NCBI GenBank assembly: GCA_963828125.1
Contig: CAWHDP010000001.1
Location: 288,001-352,000, forward strand
From: an uncultured Chlamydiae bacterium
Lineage (GTDB): Bacteria > Chlamydiota > Chlamydiia > Chlamydiales > SM23-39
Length of the DNA: 64,000 bases
Reading direction: 5' to 3'
The notes beneath the pieces are model-generated. The model saw only the letters and a list, made by a program, of their open reading frames with translations. It made no database searches and was not told the origin of the DNA. A program made the position numbers and the translations under genes. Positions within the stretch are counted from its first letter, which is position 1. Every line of letters begins with the position of its first letter. This document shows positions 57,504 through 64,000 of the stretch, piece by piece.

Positions 57504-58011
57504 TCAGAGCCGGGTCTTTTTGAAAGGTTGCAGCCAAGCGCGGAATATTCGAATCGATCCCATTTCGCGCGTGTTCTCTCCTCATCCCTTTGTCTATCCC
57601 ATTGAGAACATCCTCGATATAACTTTTCTTAGTAAAAATGGTCTGCATGGTGTGTTTAGGGATCGCGGCAAGGAGTGCAAATGGGTGAACAGAGGCGATC
57701 TTTTGACCTAATTGGTACAACCGGATCCCAGAGAAGACGACATGCCTTCCCCCCTTGGCGATCGTTCCGAACAGCTCTTTTATTTTTTCCTGTTCTTCAG
57801 CGGTACACTCTATCGCTATTTCGGGCGGCGCAGGGACTGAGGATCCGAGCGGTGTGAAAGGGGTATAAATCCGTTTTTTTTTACAAATAAACGGCGCCAC
57901 ACCTAAGGCGCCAACACTCAAGAGGGCGCACAGTAGGATTTGCTCCTCTTCCTCGTCTCTTTTTTCAAGGCCATAAGGGCTGCTCTCTTCAGTATTTAAA
58001 TGAATGTCCAT
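57436..58011 (-). CDS. Hypothetical protein, paralog of the adjacent gene
   Basis: Shares CT..+.KI.E...T...G, VHP and DW.G.V.+L with 58013-58528. Confidence 0.65.
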   Translation of the reverse strand: MDIHLNTEESSPYGLEKRDEEEEQILLCALLSVGALGVAPFICKKKRIYTPFTPLGSSVPAPPEIAIECTAEEQEKIKELFGTIAKGGRHVVFSGIRLYQLGQKIASVHPFALLAAIPKHTMQTIFTKKSYIEDVLNGIDKGMRREHARNGIDSNIPRLAATFQKDPALIRPLIVSADWQGLVYYLFEIAP

Positions 58012-58012
58012 A

Positions 58013-58528
58013 TTATGACTGTATGAGGAAAAGGACCATTCCTTCCCAATCGCGTGCGTCAAAATAGGCCTTTAGGGCTGGAAATCCATGAGAGGGGATC
58101 TGTAAATCGGCGGCAAAATCATTGATGTAAAGGCCGAGCTTTCCCTTCTCGGCCTCTCCTTCTAAACGGGGGATGAGTCCGTCTAAAAAGTTGTTTCGTT
58201 TGAAGTAGTCGTCCCAGATATAGTACATGCACGATTTCAGGTGAGGGTCTTTAAAGATCGTCGCGAGAAATTTCAGGGGGTGGACATGATTGATTTGGGC
58301 GCCGAGTTCCCTCAAATGCCCTTGTTGAAAGAGGAGTCCCAACTTCCCCTTTTCTCCGACAGTAGAGATGATCTCATGAATTTTTTCCCGATCTTGCGGT
58401 GTACAATCGAGATCTTTATACGATACGTCGGTCGCTTTGACGGGCGGCTTTCGGATGATCGATCCCGCTGCAGGAGGGACAAACATCCCCAGAAAAATAA
58501 ACACAAGCAATAAGCGCTTTCGCAACAT
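58013..58528 (-). CDS. Hypothetical exported protein
   Basis: Signal peptide; VHPLKFLATIF. Confidence 0.7.
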   Translation of the reverse strand: MLRKRLLLVFIFLGMFVPPAAGSIIRKPPVKATDVSYKDLDCTPQDREKIHEIISTVGEKGKLGLLFQQGHLRELGAQINHVHPLKFLATIFKDPHLKSCMYYIWDDYFKRNNFLDGLIPRLEGEAEKGKLGLYINDFAADLQIPSHGFPALKAYFDARDWEGMVLFLIQS

Positions 58529-58624
58529 CCGATCCTCCTCTCGGTCACGCCTTCATGATATTCGAATTAAATTTTTACTGCCAGCTCTTGCACCGAATTT
58601 TTTTTCGCCGTATCCTTAAGTCCC

Positions 58625-59437
58625 GTGAAACGATTTCTGATCTTTATTTTTTTTCTCTCTGCGGTTCTTGCATTGCCGGGAATCGCAAAGCGCCTAACCC
58701 AAGGGTTCCGCCCTGTAAAAATGGATCTTTGCTTTCCTTATCATCCAGATTGGGAGGTTCCTTTGGATCCAGCAATCCTCTCGATCCTCAATCAACCTTT
58801 TTTCTTTATCGGCAAGGGCTCTCAATCCTATGTCTTTGCTAGCGAGGATGGAAAATTCGTCGTGAAATTTTTCCGTTTTGACGACCGGCGGATAAAATTA
58901 TTTCATCAAAGACAAAGGCAGCCGGAATCGGCAAGAGAGAAGGCGGAGATTGTATTTGCCGCGTGCAAAATCGCATACGACCGGCTTCAAGAGGAGACCG
59001 GATTGGTCTACATGCATTTAAATCTCAGTCAAGGAACCTTGCCCATCCTCTATTGCAAAGACGCTTTGGGAAGGCCCTATAAATTCCCACTCGACCAGTG
59101 CCGTTTCGTCCTTCAAAAAAAAGCGACACTGTTTAGAGATGCTCTTCTAGAGGCCCGTTCCAATCCTGACCAGATGCGGGCCCGATTGGATCAATTCATC
59201 GCTCTTCTTCTGTCCCGCACATCGAAGGGGGTCTTTAATACAGATCCCACATTGAGCCGGAACTTCGGTTTTCTCGATCATCAGGCGATCGAGATCGATT
59301 TCGGCAATTACCGGCCGGCGTCGAGCCGTAGCCCGGAGAACGAGGTCAAGCGCTATACGGATCGGCTCCGCGAATGGCTCCTCGAGGAGGCTCCTGAATG
59401 GGTGGGGTATCTAGATAAAAGGATAGAGGAGATATGA
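58625..59437 (+). CDS. Exported protein-kinase-like fold protein
   Basis: FIGKGSQSYVF...VVKFF, DPTLSRNFG, IDFG. Confidence 0.65.
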   Translation: MKRFLIFIFFLSAVLALPGIAKRLTQGFRPVKMDLCFPYHPDWEVPLDPAILSILNQPFFFIGKGSQSYVFASEDGKFVVKFFRFDDRRIKLFHQRQRQPESAREKAEIVFAACKIAYDRLQEETGLVYMHLNLSQGTLPILYCKDALGRPYKFPLDQCRFVLQKKATLFRDALLEARSNPDQMRARLDQFIALLLSRTSKGVFNTDPTLSRNFGFLDHQAIEIDFGNYRPASSRSPENEVKRYTDRLREWLLEEAPEWVGYLDKRIEEI

Positions 59438-60246
59438 GCCGTTTTTTAAGCGCTTTGTGCGTGGCCCTTGCCCTCTCTTTCATCGCTGATATGCGAACGG
59501 ATGGCTTGGCTCCCTGGAAGATCGAAGGGGGACTCAGCTCTCTTCAAGAAGCCCCATTGAAACCGGAGATCCGAGAGATTTTGTCCCAGCCTTTCCGTTA
59601 TTTAGCAAAAGGGAGGCAGTGCTTTGTCTTTGAAAGCGGAGACGGAAAATATGTCCTGAAATTTTTCAACCAAACCTATTTCAAAATGCCTTGGTATTCA
59701 TTTTTACTCGGCGAAAAGGAATCTGCCAAACGGTCGCTGAGGCGCTCATTTTATCAACACAGCTATGAGATCGCCTTGAAAGAATGCGGAGATGAGATTG
59801 TGTATCTCCACAAAGGGCTCTCTTCCGACCTCCCTGTGATTAAGGCCAAGGGCTATGTAGAATATAAAATGGATCTGAACCGGATCCCTTTTGTCCTCCA
59901 AAAAAAGGGGGAACCATTGTATCCTCGCCTTGAAATGATCTATCAAGCGGAGGGATTAGAGGGACTTTGCCGAGAGATTGACCGGTTTGTTTTTCTCATT
60001 TCGGAGCGGATGGCCAAAAACATCGCCGATGGAGATAGAGACGTAGAACACAATTGGGGATACGTCGAGGGGCGCCTTTTCCACCTCGACCCGGGCAGAC
60101 TTTATTACGACTCTTCGCTAACTGAAGAGAAGCGGCGTCAAAAAGAGTGGGAAAAGAACACTCACGATCTCCAGAAATGGCTGAGACGCAACCATCCAGA
60201 GGGAGCTAGTTATTTAGACCGGACATTGCCCATTTCTCAGCGCTGA
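59434..60246 (+). CDS. Exported protein-kinase-like fold protein (paralog)
   Basis: YLAKGRQCFVF...VLKFF, DRDVEHNWG, LDPG. Confidence 0.65.
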   Translation: MSRFLSALCVALALSFIADMRTDGLAPWKIEGGLSSLQEAPLKPEIREILSQPFRYLAKGRQCFVFESGDGKYVLKFFNQTYFKMPWYSFLLGEKESAKRSLRRSFYQHSYEIALKECGDEIVYLHKGLSSDLPVIKAKGYVEYKMDLNRIPFVLQKKGEPLYPRLEMIYQAEGLEGLCREIDRFVFLISERMAKNIADGDRDVEHNWGYVEGRLFHLDPGRLYYDSSLTEEKRRQKEWEKNTHDLQKWLRRNHPEGASYLDRTLPISQR

Positions 60247-60262
60247 GAAATGCGGGATAGTC

Positions 60263-60667
60263 TTAAGAACCTTGCAGAATGTCGTGTTTAATATCGCTTA
60301 ACATGACCCGTAATGAATCGAGTGTTTGACTAAATTCGGGGGTCCCTTCTTGGCTTTTGAGCGATTCAACCGTTGCGAGCGCTGATTTTAATTCAGAAAT
60401 AAAACTAGGGGCGCTGGCTGGCTGGAGATCGCTCTCTTCAGCTACTTGGAGCATTTGAAGCAAATCATCCTGAATCCGGTTTAAATCGGCGGTAACGGCT
60501 CCCCAATCGGGATCAGAGCTGCTCAGCTCCTGCAAGATTTGATCAACAGGATCCATGTTACTCCCTACGACGTTCGACGGATTTTTTTGCCCGATCGACA
60601 TGTCGCCAAAGAGTTTCATTAACTCTGCCCAGACATTGCTATTTTGTACATTGTTAGTTATTTCCAT
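60263..60667 (-). CDS. Hypothetical helical protein
   Basis: 134-aa ORF with AT-rich upstream region. Confidence 0.6.
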   Translation of the reverse strand: MEITNNVQNSNVWAELMKLFGDMSIGQKNPSNVVGSNMDPVDQILQELSSSDPDWGAVTADLNRIQDDLLQMLQVAEESDLQPASAPSFISELKSALATVESLKSQEGTPEFSQTLDSLRVMLSDIKHDILQGS

Positions 60668-60809
60668 ACATTCATTGTATATAAATCTGATTTATTTTGC
60701 AACTTTAAGTAAAACTAATATTTAAACCGCTTATTGTAAATATATTACGAACTCATTCTTGCCGATTCCTATACTCTATAAATTCTATTTATGGTACGGT
60801 TTCAAGTAG

Positions 60810-62108
60810 ATGTTTGAGAAAATCCAATATTATTTTCGGGATACCCTCTGGAACTTCCCTTTGAGCCAGGAGAGGGGGTGGCGCCGGGTGGTGTTGAGAT
60901 GGCTCCGGATCGTTTATCTCGCGGGGCGAGGGTTTTATTTGGATAAATGTAGTTTAAGCGCCTCATCTTTAACGTATTATACAATGATGTCCATCGTGCC
61001 GGTTCTCGCCATGGCCTTTGCTGTAGCGCGCGGATTTGGCTACCATGAGACATTGAGAGCGGAGCTGCTTGAGCGTTTTCCCGATCAGAACGAGGCTCTT
61101 ATTGAGCTTTTTAGTTATGCAGAGACCGTTCTTGAGCAGGCGAAGGGGGGGGTGGTTGCCGGATTTGGGTTGGTGATCCTGTTTTTGACTGTCGTCCTCC
61201 TTTTAAGCAATTTGGAATCGATCCTCAACCATGTTTGGGGGGTGAAAAACCTCCGCTCTTGGAGGCGGATTTTTAGCGACTACTTTGCTCTCATGCTCAT
61301 CGCCCCTATTTTTTTTGTCCTCGCGAGCAGCATGGCGGTTTTTGCTGTTGAGAATCTCGAGATCGGCATTCGGATCCTCCCCGTCAGCGGTTGGGCGATC
61401 TCCTGGCTCCTTTTTTTGGTCCATATCATCCCGTACTGTTTATTTTGGATCCTCTTCACTTTTATTTATCTCTTCATGCCCAATACGCAGGTCGATTTCC
61501 GTTCTGCTGCTTTGGCCGGTCTTTTTGCCGGATGTTTGTATTTGGCCGTTCAGTGGGGATACATCTATTTTCAGGTCGGCGTCAACCGGTACGGGGCGAT
61601 TTACGGGAGCATGGCGGCGCTTCCGCTCTTTCTTGTTTGGGTGCAGGTGAGCTGGTTCATCCTCCTTTTCGGCGCTGAATTGAACTGCGCTCATCAGACT
61701 TTAAATGAGCATGAATTTGAAGCTCAGGTGGGGCGGCTCAGCCATAATTTTAAACGGCTCATCAGCCTTTGGATTGTCCATCTCGCCATCAAAAAGGGGG
61801 AGTTTTCGTTGGATTTTTTGACGAGCGCGTACCACATTCCGCTCGCTTTAAGTAAGCCTATTTTACAAGAACTCATCGAGTGTGAGCTATTGTATGAAAC
61901 GAAAGAGAGCTATATCCCCTCTGCCAAAACCTCCGAAATGCGGATTGCCGATTGCCTAGAAGCTCTCGACCGGCGAGGAGAGAATCAATTTCCCTACATC
62001 GATTCAAAAGCGATCGGAGCTTTTGAAAAGGCGTTGGACCATTTTCGAAAAGCGATTGAATCAACCCCAGCCAACATCCGGTTAAGCCATGTACCCCATT
62101 CGATTTAA
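60810..62108 (+). CDS. YihY/BrkB-family membrane protein
   Basis: ASSLTYYTMMSIVP, YLFMPN, YGAIYGSMAALPLFLVW, LFGAEL. Confidence 0.92.
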   Translation: MFEKIQYYFRDTLWNFPLSQERGWRRVVLRWLRIVYLAGRGFYLDKCSLSASSLTYYTMMSIVPVLAMAFAVARGFGYHETLRAELLERFPDQNEALIELFSYAETVLEQAKGGVVAGFGLVILFLTVVLLLSNLESILNHVWGVKNLRSWRRIFSDYFALMLIAPIFFVLASSMAVFAVENLEIGIRILPVSGWAISWLLFLVHIIPYCLFWILFTFIYLFMPNTQVDFRSAALAGLFAGCLYLAVQWGYIYFQVGVNRYGAIYGSMAALPLFLVWVQVSWFILLFGAELNCAHQTLNEHEFEAQVGRLSHNFKRLISLWIVHLAIKKGEFSLDFLTSAYHIPLALSKPILQELIECELLYETKESYIPSAKTSEMRIADCLEALDRRGENQFPYIDSKAIGAFEKALDHFRKAIESTPANIRLSHVPHSI

Positions 62109-63027
62109 GCCGATCTATCAAACCTATATGTGGGGAGGGGATCGGATTGAGCGGCTCTTCCACCGGAAAACCGATCTGCCTCGCGTGGCGGAGAGTTGGG
62201 AAATTTCCGATCGCGAGGAGGGGATGAGCGTTGTGATGAACGGCCCCCTCAAAGGCAAGACGCTCCACGAACTTGTGGTGGAGATGGGGGAAGATCTGAT
62301 GGGGGTTGGACAAAACTATCGCCGTTTTCCGATTTTGGCAAAGATCATCGATGCGAAAGAGAACTTAAGCATCCAGGTTCACCCCGATGAGGCGAACTCT
62401 CCCAGTTTGCATGGCGAGGCAAAGGCCGAAATGTGGGTGATGTTGGACGACGGATCGGTATATGCCGGCCTTAAACAGCCGCCGGATGAAAAAGAGTTTA
62501 AAAAGGCCATCCAAGAAAATAGAGCGGAGCAGCTCATTGAGAAATTCGATCTGAAAAAGGGAGATGTGGTCAATATCCCTGGCGGACGGGTGCACGCTAT
62601 TTGCGCTGGATCGCTCATCTACGAAGTGCAGCAGAATTCAAATACGACCTACCGGTTATATGACTGGGGACGGCCTCGCGAATTGCATCTCGAGGAGGGC
62701 TTTGCGGCGATCCGCTGGGACGATAAATCTTCGGCCAAAGTCTCCCCACGCCATTTGAGCAGCGATCTCCATCACCAATGGGTGATTCTCGTCGAGACCC
62801 CCTACTTCATGGTCGAGCGGATCGATGTTTTCGATCAGCTTCACATCGCCCCAATTCCGAAGAGCTTCCAGATTTTATATTGCTTAGACGGGGAGGGGGA
62901 GGTTGGCGTCGACGGGAATCGGGAGCCGTTCCATCTCGGAATGACCTATTTGATCCCCGCCGCTTGTCATTCCATCGATCTGAAGGGGCCATGCCAGGCG
63001 TTAAGAATTCGGATGCCGCTCGGATGA
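62089..63027 (+). CDS. manA: Type I mannose-6-phosphate isomerase
   Basis: WGG, AESWEIS, KIIDAKENLSIQVHP, KAEMW, VHAI, EVQQNSNTTYRLYDW. Confidence 0.9.
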   Translation: MYPIRFKPIYQTYMWGGDRIERLFHRKTDLPRVAESWEISDREEGMSVVMNGPLKGKTLHELVVEMGEDLMGVGQNYRRFPILAKIIDAKENLSIQVHPDEANSPSLHGEAKAEMWVMLDDGSVYAGLKQPPDEKEFKKAIQENRAEQLIEKFDLKKGDVVNIPGGRVHAICAGSLIYEVQQNSNTTYRLYDWGRPRELHLEEGFAAIRWDDKSSAKVSPRHLSSDLHHQWVILVETPYFMVERIDVFDQLHIAPIPKSFQILYCLDGEGEVGVDGNREPFHLGMTYLIPAACHSIDLKGPCQALRIRMPLG

Positions 63028-63887
63028 AGATAGAGCCGCTCTCTTTGATGCACCAGGCCCTTCTCGCCCCTAAATGGGGGGCTTTGGCCCTCCCCCTTTC
63101 CGAATATAGCTTTGCCAGCCGCTATCTTTTCCGGCGAGGACACGATCTTCATGTGGTTTGGATCGGGGAGCGGGTCTGGCTCAAGGGGAAGATGAGAGAT
63201 GGCACTCCCTATTTAATGCCGACGGAAGATATGAGGGAAATTCCAGAGGCGGAGCTTTGCGAAACGGTGAAAGGGGTCGATTGTTTTTATCCGATTCCAG
63301 AGGAGTGGATTCCGTCTTTCCAAAGATTCCAAATCCATTTCGATCGGGACGATTCCGATTATCTGTACACGAGAGAGCAAATTGCCGATTATCCTGGAAG
63401 GCACTTGAGCGCCAAACGGAATTTGGTGAAGCAATTTCAGGCGGCTTATACGGCGGAGATCGTAGAGTATCAGCCCCGTCTTGCTGAAGACGCCCTATCG
63501 ATCCTCCATGCATGGCAAGGCCGGTTCGACGGCAAAGAATCCGACTTTCTCCCCTGTCAAGATGGGATCCGGCTCTTCCTCGAATTGGGTTTAAGCGGGT
63601 ATTTAGTATACATCGAGGGGAATCCTGCTGCCTTGATCCTCGGCGAGTCGTTCGGCTTTTGTTTTGTGGTCCATTTTGCGAAAGCGTTGACCGAATATAA
63701 AGGGATATACCCCTACCTTTTTCAAGAACTCGCCCGCCGCCTCCCCGTTGAAACGATCCGTTGGCTCAATTGGGAACAAGACCTCGGCCAAGAGGGATTG
63801 CGACAATCGAAACTCTCGTATCAGCCCCATCAATTGGCGTCTAAATATCGGCTGTCCATTTATACTGCGGCCACCCAAAAAGTGTGA
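63024..63887 (+). CDS. DUF2156 / aminoacyl-phosphatidylglycerol synthase catalytic-domain-like protein
   Basis: DRDDSDYLY, KRNLVKQF, VHFAKA...GIY, LNWEQDLGQEGLRQSKLSYQP. Confidence 0.85.
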   Translation: MKIEPLSLMHQALLAPKWGALALPLSEYSFASRYLFRRGHDLHVVWIGERVWLKGKMRDGTPYLMPTEDMREIPEAELCETVKGVDCFYPIPEEWIPSFQRFQIHFDRDDSDYLYTREQIADYPGRHLSAKRNLVKQFQAAYTAEIVEYQPRLAEDALSILHAWQGRFDGKESDFLPCQDGIRLFLELGLSGYLVYIEGNPAALILGESFGFCFVVHFAKALTEYKGIYPYLFQELARRLPVETIRWLNWEQDLGQEGLRQSKLSYQPHQLASKYRLSIYTAATQKV

Positions 63888-63908
63888 ATTTGGGGTGGCC
63901 GCAGTATA
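63861..63908. repeat. 48-bp palindromic mini-element
   Basis: Perfect 16-bp inverted repeat TATACTGCGGCCACCC / GGGTGGCCGCAGTATA. Confidence 0.85.
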
Positions 63909-64000
63909 ACTAGACATTGGCCATTTATCAGTGCTGGGCACCCTAGCCCGCATTTCTCACACATCCGCGGAAAATCTGCTCAATCTGTCACGCCATCTTT

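Overview
Probable environmental Chlamydiota chromosome segment (inferred from a Pmp-like autotransporter and the run of chlamydial-type hypothetical genes). Positions 1 to ~31.3 kb are an IS-riddled accessory island built around six same-orientation copies of the 3' 44 nt of a tRNA-Asn(GTT) gene, each starting at the anticodon loop (3515, 19581, 21058, 23192, 25512, 28999). Four copies have a CGGAA-N6-CGGAG motif exactly 154 bp upstream, and the other two share a different 57-bp flank. The pattern fits a tandem array of tRNA-att-bounded islets with no integrase in the window. Cargo includes many toxin-antitoxin or defence modules, GNAT acetyltransferases, and a DUF3800 gene whose downstream structured RNA is cut off by a minimal group IIC intron. 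The rest of the window holds bioBFDA plus a ferritin-like gene, a repeat autotransporter, an RHS-RNase/barstar pair, cyoABCDE and housekeeping genes. It also holds a tandem duplication of an ankyrin/Fido-like gene whose two copies differ almost only at non-synonymous sites. All family assignments come from motif recognition by eye; no searches were run.
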